Shown: positions 43,108 through 53,200, numbered from the stretch's first letter. The stretch is DNA of 64,000 nt from Candidatus Eremiobacteria bacterium (GCA_963737065.1 CAVTRC010000001.1:2176001-2240000); one strand, 5' to 3'. Translations and numbers: made by a program. Notes: a model not told the origin generated them from the sequence alone.

Positions 43108-43637
43108 CGGAGATTCCGGTCGTTGAAACCGCGCGACTCCGGCTGCGCGCGCATCGCGCCGACGATTATCCGTCATCCTCCGCGATGTGGGCTGATCCGC
43201 AAGTCACGCGTTTCATCGGCGGCAGGCCGTCGAGCGCGCAGCAAACATGGTCGCGACTCTTGGGCTACGTCGGACATTGGCAATTACAACATTACGGGTA
43301 TTGGGCGATCGAGGAGAAGAGCACCGGCCGATTCATTGGTGATGTCGGATTTTCCGATTTCAAGCGTGACATCATCGAGCCGATGCGAAACGTCCCGGAA
43401 CTGGGGTTCGCTCTCATCTCGACGGTGCACGGCAAAGGTTATGCCACCGAAGCGGTCCGCGCCGCAACGGAATGGGGCGACGGCCATTTACCTTCAAAGC
43501 GCACGGTCTGCTTAGTCGATGAAAAGAATGCGGCATCACTCCACATTGTGCGAAATGCCGGATACCGCGAGTTCGATCGCATAACGTTCAACGACACGCC
43601 GGTCGTCTTACTAGAGCGCGTTACCGGCCGCGATTGA
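43104..43637 (+). CDS. RimJ/RimL GNAT acetyltransferase
   Basis: ETARLRLR, HGKGYATEA, N.AS. Confidence 0.9.
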   Translation: MTEIPVVETARLRLRAHRADDYPSSSAMWADPQVTRFIGGRPSSAQQTWSRLLGYVGHWQLQHYGYWAIEEKSTGRFIGDVGFSDFKRDIIEPMRNVPELGFALISTVHGKGYATEAVRAATEWGDGHLPSKRTVCLVDEKNAASLHIVRNAGYREFDRITFNDTPVVLLERVTGRD

Positions 43638-43666
43638 ACGACGGAATGTGTTCTCACGTCGGCTGC

Positions 43667-43936
43667 TTACGTTCCGAAGCGCTTCTCCGCGCGCGCTTTG
43701 GCTCGCGCCGCGCACTCCGCGCGATCGCGCGGCGCAGCCGTTGTGACGAGCGAATTCATCAAGCGCGTTGCTGCAGCCGTCACCTCATCGACGGCGCGGT
43801 TGAACGCCGCCTCGTTCGCCTGTGACGGGCGCGTGAACCCGGAAAGTTTGCGAACGAATTGGATCGACGCTGCGCGGACTTCGTCTTCGCTGGCGGCAGG
43901 CTCGAAGTTGTAGAGCGTGCGAATGTTGCGGCACAT
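43667..43936 (-). CDS. DUF2277 protein
   Basis: MCRNIRTLYNFEP...AASIQFVRKLSG. Confidence 0.9.
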   Translation of the reverse strand: MCRNIRTLYNFEPAASEDEVRAASIQFVRKLSGFTRPSQANEAAFNRAVDEVTAAATRLMNSLVTTAAPRDRAECAARAKARAEKRFGT

Positions 43937-45104
43937 GATAACGAAACTCCCATTCGATGAAGCCATCGATCTCGGCCGGCTGCGAAAGCGAACGAGTGAA
44001 AAGTGGCGGCATTATCCCGACGACGTCCTGCCGGTCTTTGTCGCCGAGACCGATTTTCCGCTTGCCGACCCGATCGCGGAGCGGCTGCGCGCGGCAATTG
44101 ATAACGGCGACCTCGGCTATGCGGTTCCGCTCGGGTTGGGTGAAGCGTACGCATCGTTCGCGCGAGAACGGTACGCGATGGAGGTCGACCCGAGCGATGT
44201 CCAAGCAGTTCCGGAAGTGATGGTCGGCGTCGCAGAGATTCTGCGCGCAATGACGGCAGCAGGCGGATACGGTCACGCGGTCATCATTAACTCGCCGGTC
44301 TATCCGCCGTTCTTCTCGACGATAGAAGAAGTCGGATGGACGATCGCCGATGCGCCGCTTCGTCGCGACGGCGACCGCTTCACGCTCGACTTCGATGCGG
44401 TTGAAACGCGGATGCAAGGTGGTGCGCGCGTCATGCTGTTGTGCAGCCCGCACAATCCGGTCGGGCGGGTCTATACGAGAGATGAGTTGACGTCGCTCGC
44501 GTCGCTCGCACAACGGTACGGCGCGATCGTACTCAGCGACGAGATTCACGCACCGCTCGTCTTACCCGGCGCGCAGTTCACGCCGTTTGCCGCGATTGCG
44601 AATGAATACGGTGTAACGTGCATCACGTTGACGTCAGCATCAAAAGGTTGGAACACGGCCGGCCTGAAATGCGCGATCGCCGTTGCGTCGGACGATTCGT
44701 CGCGTGAAATCATGCAACGCCTGCCGGCGGTCATGGCTGAACGAAGCGGTCATCTAGGGATCCACGCAACGATCGCCGCGTTCACCGAAGCAACTGCCTA
44801 CCTCGACGCCGTCGTCGCACATCTCAACGGCGTGCGCGCACAACTGCGCGGTATCTTCGACCAGCATGGACTTCACGACATCCGTTTCACACCACCCGAA
44901 GGCGGCTACCTTGCCTGGCTCGATTGCAGCGCACTCGGCGTCGACGATCCCGCCGCAACATTTTTCAAACGCGGCAAGGTCGCGCTCTACCCGGGCTCAG
45001 CGTTCAGCCAATCGTACACGCAATGGGCGCGTTTCAACTTTGCCACATCAATCGCAGTCGTAGAAGAAGCGGCAAAGAGGATGGCCAGAGCCCTGTCATC
45101 CTGA
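43935..45104 (+). CDS. MalY/PatB-type PLP enzyme (cystathionine beta-lyase-like)
   Basis: SEKW, VAETDF, LCSPHNPVG, SDEIH, SASKGWNTAGLK. Confidence 0.9.
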   Translation: MITKLPFDEAIDLGRLRKRTSEKWRHYPDDVLPVFVAETDFPLADPIAERLRAAIDNGDLGYAVPLGLGEAYASFARERYAMEVDPSDVQAVPEVMVGVAEILRAMTAAGGYGHAVIINSPVYPPFFSTIEEVGWTIADAPLRRDGDRFTLDFDAVETRMQGGARVMLLCSPHNPVGRVYTRDELTSLASLAQRYGAIVLSDEIHAPLVLPGAQFTPFAAIANEYGVTCITLTSASKGWNTAGLKCAIAVASDDSSREIMQRLPAVMAERSGHLGIHATIAAFTEATAYLDAVVAHLNGVRAQLRGIFDQHGLHDIRFTPPEGGYLAWLDCSALGVDDPAATFFKRGKVALYPGSAFSQSYTQWARFNFATSIAVVEEAAKRMARALSS

Positions 45105-45366
45105 GCTTGTCGAAGGACCTCGCTCGCAAATCCATCGCGTTGCGCAACCGAGCACGAGTCTAGAGCCCTGTCATCCTGAGCTTGTCGAAGGACCTCGCTC
45201 GCAAGTCCATCGCGTTGCGCAACGGGCACGTGTCCAGAGCCCTGTCATCCTGAGCTTGTCGAAGGACCTCGCTCGCGAGCCATCGCGTCGCGCAACCGAG
45301 CACGAGTCTAGAGCCCTGTCATCCTGAGCTTGTCGAAGGACCTCGCTCGCAAGCCATCGCGTCGCG
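45087..45366 (+). repeat. Tandem array of four ~74-75 bp REP-like units
   Basis: Units start at 45087, 45162, 45236 and 45310; invariant 41-mer AGAGCCCTGTCATCCTGAGCTTGTCGAAGGACCTCGCTCGC. Confidence 0.95.
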
Positions 45367-45397
45367 ATCGCGCAACACGGGTTCGGGGACTCGCACC

Positions 45398-45832
45398 TCA
45401 TTGCGTAGTTCGATGCGTCTCAACCTTCTGAGGTTTTTCGCCGCACTTTTCACACGCGATTGCAACGCTGACATTGCCGCCGCATCCCTCGTGGCGAACA
45501 TCGCTCAGATCCGCGCCTTTTGTCCACCGCCGCCCCCAAGCACGTAGCGCCAGAACGACCGGCGCCAGTTCCTCGCCTTTTTCGGTGAGGATGTATTCGT
45601 AACGATCCGGTGAGGTCTGATAGCGGACGCGTTTGAGAACACGCGCTTGCGCGAGCGTTTTTAGGCGTGCCGAAAGAATGTTGTCGGAAATTCCCGATCG
45701 TTTGAAATCATCGAACCGCCGTGCGCCTAAGAGCGCATCGCGAATAATCACCAACGACCACCATTCCCCGACAATTTCGAGCGTGCGGGCGATCGGACAC
45801 GGCAAGGCAGCCGCCAGACTCGCATGGCGCAT
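45398..45832 (-). CDS. HxlR-family transcriptional regulator
   Basis: CPIARTLEIVGEWWSLVIIRDA..GARRF, YEY.LTEKG. Confidence 0.92.
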   Translation of the reverse strand: MRHASLAAALPCPIARTLEIVGEWWSLVIIRDALLGARRFDDFKRSGISDNILSARLKTLAQARVLKRVRYQTSPDRYEYILTEKGEELAPVVLALRAWGRRWTKGADLSDVRHEGCGGNVSVAIACEKCGEKPQKVETHRTTQ

Positions 45833-45847
45833 AATCTTATGCTAGTC

Positions 45848-45897
45848 ACTTGCATGATAAAAGTCAATGGAGTTATACTGACTTGCATGATGCAAGT
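45848..45897. promoter_or_regulatory. Two operator boxes between the HxlR gene and its divergent neighbour
   Basis: ACTTGCATGATAAAAGT (45848-45864) and the perfect palindrome ACTTGCAT-G-ATGCAAGT (45881-45897). Confidence 0.75.
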
Positions 45898-45912
45898 AAC
45901 AGGAGGTCGATA

Positions 45913-46632
45913 ATGCTTCAGGTTTTGGGAATCGTTTTAATCATTGCAACGACAGGCGCAATGATTGTCACGATAGTGACCGCGCTCTTCGAGCGCCGAG
46001 GTGCGCAGATTACGGCAGCTGCCTTTGCCGCCGGCTGGATTGGTTTTTTGACAGCGATGGTCGCATCGGGCGCGCTGAAATACACGATGACGCTACCCGC
46101 CCTGTTTGCCGTACCGTTCGTGATCGCGGCAATTAGTATCGCAGCGTCGCCGGCGGCACGCGAGCGGCTGCGTAATATTCCGCGCCGCCTCATCCTGGCG
46201 ATGAACATCTTCCGCGTGAGCGAATTCTTATTTGTCGCACTCGCGTTTGCGGGAGCGCTTGCCGGTCCGTTCCCCTACTCGGCCGGCATTGGCGACGTCG
46301 TTGTCGGCCTTCTTGCAATACCCCTAACGCTCGGCGAACCGCGGCTCGCACGGAGCGATCTGCGGCTCGGACTCTGGAATGCGCTCGGTCTGCTGGATCT
46401 GCTCTCGGCGGTCGCACTCGGCGTGACGTCCATCAATCACTCACCGCTGCAGCTCATTCACGCCGGCGCAGGCGCCGACCAGATCATGCAGTTGCCGTGG
46501 GCCTTGATTCCACTGTTCCTCGTGCCGTGCTACGTCATCGGTCACGTCATCGTGTTCGTGCAAATGCGGCCGACGGTACAAATATCTTTGATGCCGCGTG
46601 TCGAGAATCGCGGTGCTGGTTCGACGTCATGA
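45913..46632 (+). CDS. Multi-pass membrane protein
   Basis: AGGAGG RBS; about 7 TM helices; AGIGD, WNALGLLDL, LIPLFLVP. Confidence 0.8.
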   Translation: MLQVLGIVLIIATTGAMIVTIVTALFERRGAQITAAAFAAGWIGFLTAMVASGALKYTMTLPALFAVPFVIAAISIAASPAARERLRNIPRRLILAMNIFRVSEFLFVALAFAGALAGPFPYSAGIGDVVVGLLAIPLTLGEPRLARSDLRLGLWNALGLLDLLSAVALGVTSINHSPLQLIHAGAGADQIMQLPWALIPLFLVPCYVIGHVIVFVQMRPTVQISLMPRVENRGAGSTS

Positions 46633-46675
46633 GTGAAGGGCCGATCGGGGCCCGCGCTCGTAGGAGACACGCACC

Positions 46676-47089
46676 ATGTCCGTCGTTTCGCTGATCGCCC
46701 GTATCCTGCTTGGACTGATGTTCACGCTGGCCGGCATCTCGCCCCTATTTCTCGGCACGCCGCCGCCGATGCCCGGCCTTGCGGGCGTGGTCAACTCGGC
46801 GTTCTGGCAGAGCCACTGGATCTATGCGATCTCGCTCGCGCAACTCGTCGCCGGCGTGCTGCTGCTGACAAACCGCTACGTTACCGTTGCGCTCGTGATT
46901 CTCGGCGGATTTCTCTACAATAGCCTCGCTTTTCACGCTTTGGTCATGCCCGCGACGCTGCCGGTACCGCTCGTCGTCGTGGCATTGTGGGTTCTCGCCT
47001 CGCTACCATACCGCGCGCATTTCGCGACGCTCTTCACGGCGGCGAGCGCCGGAAGCACCGTAAGAGGGGAAACCTTCGCGCAACCATAA
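46676..47089 (+). CDS. DoxX-like membrane protein
   Basis: ARILLGLMF, QLVAGVLLL.NRYV..AL; AGGAG RBS. Confidence 0.8.
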   Translation: MSVVSLIARILLGLMFTLAGISPLFLGTPPPMPGLAGVVNSAFWQSHWIYAISLAQLVAGVLLLTNRYVTVALVILGGFLYNSLAFHALVMPATLPVPLVVVALWVLASLPYRAHFATLFTAASAGSTVRGETFAQP

Positions 47090-47140
47090 GCCTTTTTTGC
47101 GGTGTACCAGCACATACAGGTACGCTGCACGGAGGCGGAG

Positions 47141-48517
47141 GTGCAAGTGGAAGCCATCTCCAGGCCGGTGGGCCAGGCCTCGGCGGGTGAAGGCCTCGTG
47201 TCCACCTGGCGCCGGACCCGCCGCTTAGATCGAACGGTGGTCCGCTATGGACTGATCCTCGTGGCCGTGCTGGCGATCATCATCGGAAGCTTCGCTACGT
47301 CGAACGTGCTCGACGGAAAGTCGCGGCAGCTCGATGACGTGCGTCTCGACGCGCGCCTCGCGCTCCAGCTTTTCGACGATGAAGTGGCCGCCGTTCGCGG
47401 CTTCGACGACACCAGACAGGCACTGTTCCTCGTGCCGTACAACGGCGCGCGAGGCCGGTTGCAGAGCTTGTTGCTTTCGCTCACGAGCAGAACGGCTGAC
47501 GATCCCGTTGCCGCAAGCGCGATCGCCGATTTCGCCCTCTTACACGACGCGTGGTTGAGCGCCGTCGCTCATCCGGTTATCGCGGATCCGCGCGATCCGA
47601 AGAATGCGATCCGCGAACACGCGGGCGAAAAATTGATCGACGCGGCACGTTCCGATATTGCGCGCGTCGAAGACCGGTACGCGCAGCGCTACGACGAGAT
47701 CATGGCGCGCAAGTACGAACTGCGATGGTTTACGCTGGGCGTTATTCTTCTTTCGATCCTCGCGATTGCCGCAACCGGTTACCTGACCGAGCGCCAAAGC
47801 GTCGCGCGTGAGGAAGCGATGCTCCGTACGATCATCGACGAACGCGACGCGGAAGCACGCCGCAGCGAATGGCGGACGAAAATCATCGCGATGCTCGCCC
47901 ACGATTTCCGTTCGTCGCTCAGCGTCATACGCGCGTACTCGGAGATGCTGCAAACGATGCCCGAACGGCGCGAAGATACGCAGACATACGACGTCATGGC
48001 AAAAACCGTCGAAGATTTGACCGCGATGACGGAGGAAGCATTAGTCATGGCGCGCTTGAGCAACAACGCGATTTCGGTCCAGCTTCACCCGCAGCCGATC
48101 GCCGACATCGTCGCTGAAGCAGCGGAACGTCACCGTGCGGAACGTCAGATCCGCATTTCGTCCTCCGATGCGATGGTGATCGGCGATCGTCCGTATCTGG
48201 TGCGCGTCTTTGATAATCTCATCAGCAACTCCGTGAAATATTCACCGCCCGCAACGTCGATCGATGTAACGATTTCGCGAAACGGCGGCAGCCATGTCGA
48301 AGTTGCCGTGAGCGATCGCGGACGTGGAATTGATCCCGCCGACCTGCCGCATGTCTTCGACGAATTCTGGCGCGCGCAGAGTACGAGCGAACGCGGCGGC
48401 AGCGGCATCGGGCTCTTCATCGTGAAGAAGATCTTGGAGGCTCACGGAGCGCATGCCACGATTGAAAGCACGCCCGGAGCCGGAACGACGGTTCGCGTGA
48501 AGCTGGCAGCCGCCTGA
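47141..48517 (+). CDS. Membrane sensor histidine kinase (CHASE3-like sensor); start uncertain
   Basis: Two TMs; H-box AHDFRS, NLISNSVKYS, DRGRGI, GSGIGL. Confidence 0.9.
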   Translation: MQVEAISRPVGQASAGEGLVSTWRRTRRLDRTVVRYGLILVAVLAIIIGSFATSNVLDGKSRQLDDVRLDARLALQLFDDEVAAVRGFDDTRQALFLVPYNGARGRLQSLLLSLTSRTADDPVAASAIADFALLHDAWLSAVAHPVIADPRDPKNAIREHAGEKLIDAARSDIARVEDRYAQRYDEIMARKYELRWFTLGVILLSILAIAATGYLTERQSVAREEAMLRTIIDERDAEARRSEWRTKIIAMLAHDFRSSLSVIRAYSEMLQTMPERREDTQTYDVMAKTVEDLTAMTEEALVMARLSNNAISVQLHPQPIADIVAEAAERHRAERQIRISSSDAMVIGDRPYLVRVFDNLISNSVKYSPPATSIDVTISRNGGSHVEVAVSDRGRGIDPADLPHVFDEFWRAQSTSERGGSGIGLFIVKKILEAHGAHATIESTPGAGTTVRVKLAAA

Positions 48518-48524
48518 CAAACGT

Positions 48525-48971
48525 CTAACTCGAGGCTTTCATTTCCGCGATCTGATCGCCGAGTTCTTCGATCTCGTCCTTTCCGAGCAGCTTCTGCGCT
48601 TGCGGAAACAGCGAGCGCTCTTCCTCCTTGACGTGATGCTTCACGAGCTCTTCGAGCACTTGCAGCTTCGCTTTATACGTTTCGTCTTTCGCGTCGGTAT
48701 CGCGAAGCTTCGCGATCATTTCCTTGACGTTATCGTGCTCTTCGTATGCTTCGAGTACTTCTTCGCGCGCTTCTTTATCGCGGCGTGACGCGCGTTTGAC
48801 GCCAGGATAGAAGATTTGTTCTTCGACGGAAGCGTGCAGCTCGAGCGCCGCGGCGATGCGGTCGAACAGTTTGCGGCGGGACGCGCTTGCCCCATCGCCC
48901 AGTTCGTCCACTTCTTTAAAGAGCGCCTCAACTTCGCGGTGGTCTTTTTTCAGCAGTTTGATTGCATCCAT
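48525..48971 (-). CDS. Hemerythrin/HHE-domain protein
   Basis: LKKDH, H...EE..FYP, EEH, HHVKEEE. Confidence 0.9.
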   Translation of the reverse strand: MDAIKLLKKDHREVEALFKEVDELGDGASASRRKLFDRIAAALELHASVEEQIFYPGVKRASRRDKEAREEVLEAYEEHDNVKEMIAKLRDTDAKDETYKAKLQVLEELVKHHVKEEERSLFPQAQKLLGKDEIEELGDQIAEMKASS

Positions 48972-49100
48972 GGCCCGCTTCTTACCCAGGCAGGCAACGG
49001 ATTACGCGATACGCCGGATCGCGCCGCCATCGCGCCGGTATGCCGTAATCGCGCGTTCGCGTTTATTGCGATTCACGAGCGGCGCTCGTCGACGATCGCG

Positions 49101-50447
49101 TTATTCCCGAATCGGCGTCGGGTAGCTTACGACGCTCTGATGTCCGTGCGCATCGATTGCGCGAACGCCGAGAATATAATCATCTTTGCTGACCGGCACG
49201 GTCGCTTGCGTCACGTTGCCGACGTTTTTACCGTATTGCCATTGCGCCGAATCGGTCGGGCGCCAGACGATTTCGTACGACGCGGCGCCTGCCGATGGTT
49301 GCCAGCGCAGCGTCGAATCGTAGCCGAGCTTGTGCATGACCATCTCGGCTTTTGCGGGCGGCAGCGGCGCCGACGCAAGGGACGCGAGGACGGCAATATT
49401 GGCCTGTGTTGCTCGTTTCAAATACTCCCAATCCATGAATTGCGGAAGGTCGCCGTACTGCACGCCGTTTTCCATGCGCACGTTTTGATGCTGGTGCGTG
49501 AAATTCTCGTTCGACTCGACGAAGCGGATCGCGGGATAGCCGTCGTTGAGAAACGATTCCTGGTCCCCGCCGCGTAAGAAGCGATCCGCACGCCAGATCT
49601 CGCGCGCGGAAAAGTCTTGCACGTATTGTGGAACGACCTCGCCCGCATAGCGCGCCAGCTCGCGCGACGGCGAATCGTTTTCCGATCCGACCAAATTGAC
49701 ACGTTCGAGCGCTGCGCCCGCGGGCAGCGCTTGGCTGAAGACGCGGATGACATCCGGTTCGTGGGTTCCGCTTCCTCCGGTGCTGTTGCCGACGATGTCG
49801 TTGTTCAAATCTGCGGCAACTGCCGTACCGGCGTGCTTCAACTCGTCGGCGTAATGCTGCGACCCCCATAGTCCCAGCTCCTCACCATCGAATACCGCAA
49901 ACACGATCGTGCCGCGAAACCGATGCGGCGCCACGACGCGTGCCGCTTCTAATACGGCGGAAGTTCCGGAGCCGTTGTCATCGGCACCCGGCGCGACGCG
50001 CGTTCCGTTCGTGCAGTCGCCGTTGCAGTCATCGTAGTGGCTAGACATGATGTAGAGCGGCCCCGGTTCCTCACCGCGTAACGTCGCGACAATGCTCGAT
50101 TCGGTCACCGCACGCGGCGTTTTCGGCGTCTTCGGCTGAAGGTACGTATCGAGCGTCACCGTCATCCGTCCCCCGCTCGTCGTCGCGATGTTTTCGAATT
50201 GCGAACGAATCCAATCGCGTGCCGCGAACACGCCGCGAGTCGCGGTCGATGTCGTTTCCGAGAAGTCATTGCGAGTAAAGAAGTTTACGAGCTTCGTATC
50301 GTCGTCGCGCAGACGATCTGCGCTAACGGCGTTCACGAGCGTAACGATCTGCGGATCGACCGGTGGTGGGGTTAGCGTTGCTTGGGGAGCGGCGGCCAGC
50401 AGCGGCACACAAAGAACGGCGGCAAAAAACGCGGCGCATGATTTCAT
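49101..50447 (-). CDS. Secreted M28-family peptidase
   Basis: SHYD, GADDNGSG, GEELGLWGS, NNDIVG. Confidence 0.9.
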   Translation of the reverse strand: MKSCAAFFAAVLCVPLLAAAPQATLTPPPVDPQIVTLVNAVSADRLRDDDTKLVNFFTRNDFSETTSTATRGVFAARDWIRSQFENIATTSGGRMTVTLDTYLQPKTPKTPRAVTESSIVATLRGEEPGPLYIMSSHYDDCNGDCTNGTRVAPGADDNGSGTSAVLEAARVVAPHRFRGTIVFAVFDGEELGLWGSQHYADELKHAGTAVAADLNNDIVGNSTGGSGTHEPDVIRVFSQALPAGAALERVNLVGSENDSPSRELARYAGEVVPQYVQDFSAREIWRADRFLRGGDQESFLNDGYPAIRFVESNENFTHQHQNVRMENGVQYGDLPQFMDWEYLKRATQANIAVLASLASAPLPPAKAEMVMHKLGYDSTLRWQPSAGAASYEIVWRPTDSAQWQYGKNVGNVTQATVPVSKDDYILGVRAIDAHGHQSVVSYPTPIRE

Positions 50448-50460
50448 GCGGCGGAGTATT

Positions 50461-50931
50461 TTACGAAACGCTCGTGCGTCCCGTGTTTTCGTACGCCCGC
50501 CTCCAGCGTCCCATCGTGATGGCGGTTCCCACGCCGGGCGCGCTCTTCACGTTCATGAAGTCGGTGCAGCGCTGCATGATCGGAATGCCGCGTCCGCGCT
50601 CGACGAGCGCTTCGGGTAACGCCACCGGCTCGTACGCGTTCACGGCGAGACCTTGACCGTAGTCAACGACGGTTGCGACGATTCGGTCGCTTTCGATTTC
50701 CGCGAAGACTTCGATGTCGCGTCCGCTCGCCGAATGTTCGATCGCGTTCGCGAGCGCCTCGCCGACCGCAAAGAGCAACGATTCAACGTCGCCGTCGCCA
50801 ACGTGGTTCAGGCGGCCGAAGCCGATAAGCGCATCGCGAACCGTCCGCGCGAACGCGGGATCCGGAGGGATGCTTAAATGGAGGGTCCGTTTTACGTGGC
50901 CGTCCTCGCGGCCGAAAAGCTGAGTCGCCAT
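50461..50931 (-). CDS. RsbW-like anti-sigma/ATP-binding protein
   Basis: EALANAIEH, DYGQG, ERGRGI. Confidence 0.88.
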   Translation of the reverse strand: MATQLFGREDGHVKRTLHLSIPPDPAFARTVRDALIGFGRLNHVGDGDVESLLFAVGEALANAIEHSASGRDIEVFAEIESDRIVATVVDYGQGLAVNAYEPVALPEALVERGRGIPIMQRCTDFMNVKSAPGVGTAITMGRWRRAYENTGRTSVS

Positions 50932-51038
50932 GGCACCACGTCGATTGTAGCCACCGTTTGTTTTAATTAAACTCCGGGCCGCGAGCGGGCCCCTTGCTTC
51001 GGGGAGGCAAAGCGGCGGGCGCGTACAAAACGGCGGCC

Positions 51039-51527
51039 ATGGCACGCACAGCACCAAAGGCCGATGAGCTGGACGAGTATACGGAGCGCGCGCGAACGTC
51101 GCAGGCACGCATCGCCACCAGCAAAGGCGACATGGCCTTCACGTTTTTCCCGGACGATGCGCCGATGCATTGCGCCGCATTCATCAAGCTCGCCGAAGAG
51201 GGCTTCTACAACGGCCTGACGTTCCACCGCGTCGAGCCCGGGTTCGTCATTCAAGGCGGCGATCCCGAGGGCACCGGAACGGGCGGGCCGGGCTATCGGT
51301 TGAGAGCCGAGTTCAACGAGAAACCTCACGTCCGCGGTGCCGTCGCCATGGCGCGCTCATCGGATCCGGACTCCGCCGGCTCGCAATTTTACATCTGCTT
51401 GGACGACGCACGCTTCTTAGACAGGCAATACACCGTGTTCGGCCAACTCGCCGACGGCTACGAAACGCTCGACGCAATCCGCCGCGGCGATAAAATGACG
51501 ACCGTTACAATCGAATCGAAAGCGTGA
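51039..51527 (+). CDS. Cyclophilin-type peptidyl-prolyl isomerase
   Basis: FHRV..FVIQGGDP, AMAR, SAGSQFYI, YTVFG. Confidence 0.95.
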   Translation: MARTAPKADELDEYTERARTSQARIATSKGDMAFTFFPDDAPMHCAAFIKLAEEGFYNGLTFHRVEPGFVIQGGDPEGTGTGGPGYRLRAEFNEKPHVRGAVAMARSSDPDSAGSQFYICLDDARFLDRQYTVFGQLADGYETLDAIRRGDKMTTVTIESKA

Positions 51528-51534
51528 CACCGCG

Positions 51535-52407
51535 CTAGACGTCACTTCGGCCGGCAAGGCGGTACGATAAGCGCGCGATGCGGTGTGTCGCCGCGTACAT
51601 TGCATTGTAATCCCGAACGTCTTTGCTGTACACGGTGAGGATATACGGTGAGTCTTTGAACGGTTCGACGATCGCGATGTCGTTGCGCGTTCCGTCGATC
51701 TCGCCGGTTTTGTTCGCGACTTGCGTCCCGCGCGGAAGTGCGGCGGGAATGCCGTCGCGATCCGTTTGACCGAGCATGATGTCGATCATGCGCTTGCAAT
51801 GCGCGGGCGTCGCGACGGTCTTTACGTCTTCGCGCGCACCGTGCGCGATTTTATACAGCAACGTCGCCATATCGGACGGCGTGGTGACGTTGTCGTTGTG
51901 ATGCACGATCGCGCTGTAATCGAGAAAATGCCGCTTGAGCGCGGTCGATTTCATTCCGGCGCGGCGGCCGACGGCGTTGACCGTATCGAAACCGAAGAAC
52001 GTCATCAGATAGTTGCTCGCCGTGTTGTCGCTCAACTGAATCATCGGAACCACGAGTTCGCGAACGCTAAAACTCGACCCGTCCGGCTGCTCGCGCATGA
52101 AATCCGAGCCGCCGATGAGATGACGCCGGTACGTCGTGATACGGTCGTCGAGCGTTCCGGGGCTCCGCTCTTCCGTCGCAAACGCCGTCGCCATGATGAG
52201 GACTTTGATCGTGGAGGCCGTCGGAAACACTTGCCGATGATTGAAGGCGAAGACCGGCGGTCCGCCCGCGAGCGTGCGACAGTAGACGCCGATCGTTCCC
52301 GGGACGGTTTGCGCGATTGCTTCGATGCGATTGTACGCGCCGGCATGCGCGCGAATCGGGAGCGCGGCGAACGCGCCGAGCCCCGCAAGAAAGGCGTGGC
52401 GCTTCAC
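51535..52407 (-). CDS. Class A beta-lactamase-related serine hydrolase
   Basis: STIK, SDN and KTG motifs; Tat-like leader; GTGA overlap with the upstream permease. Confidence 0.88.
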   Translation of the reverse strand: MKRHAFLAGLGAFAALPIRAHAGAYNRIEAIAQTVPGTIGVYCRTLAGGPPVFAFNHRQVFPTASTIKVLIMATAFATEERSPGTLDDRITTYRRHLIGGSDFMREQPDGSSFSVRELVVPMIQLSDNTASNYLMTFFGFDTVNAVGRRAGMKSTALKRHFLDYSAIVHHNDNVTTPSDMATLLYKIAHGAREDVKTVATPAHCKRMIDIMLGQTDRDGIPAALPRGTQVANKTGEIDGTRNDIAIVEPFKDSPYILTVYSKDVRDYNAMYAATHRIARLSYRLAGRSDV

Positions 52408-53198
52408 GAGCCCGTTCCTTGATAATGACGCAGGCCGATACGCCAGAACGCGTACGATGCGAGAAACCACGCCGCGCCGATCGCCGGGGTGAGAAGTCCG
52501 ACGGCTGCATTCAAATGAAGACCCGTTTCGGCTTTCTGCAGAAAATATGTTGCCGGAAAGTAGTTCATGAACGCAAATGGAAAAACGAAGGCGAGCACGA
52601 TGCGGACGCCGCGCGTATAAATGCTGATCGGATATCGCGTGAAGTCCTGCTCCAAAGACATCACGACCCAGCGCAGTGTATCGACGCGAACGAACCAGAA
52701 TGAGAGCGTCGCGACACCTAACGAAATGCCGAGATCGATCAGTGCGCCGCCGATGACGACGAGCGGAACGAACAGCACGAGCAGCGCGTCGACACGAACG
52801 TGCGCCGCCGCGATCGCCGCAATCAGCGTTGCGATACTCAGGAAGATGCCGTCCGGCGAAATCTGCTGCGGCACCGTAAGGACTTGAAAGAGTGTGTCGA
52901 GGGGACGCACGAGAAACCGGTCGAACCGCCCTTCCCGCACGAACTCGGGTACCGTGACGACATTGAAGAAGAGGACGTTGTGAACCTCATGGCCACACAT
53001 CCACAGCGCGTAGAGGAAAAACATCTCGCGGAAACTCCATCCGTTCATAGACGGGAATTGGCGCATCGTCACGTACAGCGCCGCGAGTGCGACGCCGTGA
53101 TAAACGATGGTGAACCCGAACCACATGATGAAGTTCGCCCGGTATTCCAGCATCGTCAAGACATTTACACGCCAATACTGTACGTAGGCCGCAAGCAT
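52404..53198 (-). CDS. ABC-2 family permease (DUF990-type)
   Basis: EYRANF, G.FDRFLVRP, YPISIY. Confidence 0.9.
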   Translation of the reverse strand: MLAAYVQYWRVNVLTMLEYRANFIMWFGFTIVYHGVALAALYVTMRQFPSMNGWSFREMFFLYALWMCGHEVHNVLFFNVVTVPEFVREGRFDRFLVRPLDTLFQVLTVPQQISPDGIFLSIATLIAAIAAAHVRVDALLVLFVPLVVIGGALIDLGISLGVATLSFWFVRVDTLRWVVMSLEQDFTRYPISIYTRGVRIVLAFVFPFAFMNYFPATYFLQKAETGLHLNAAVGLLTPAIGAAWFLASYAFWRIGLRHYQGTGS

Positions 53199-53200
53199 CG

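Noticed and set aside
45087..45366. CRISPR array
   Set aside because: The 'spacers' are near-identical to each other, no cas genes or leader are present, and the core recurs as dispersed single copies.
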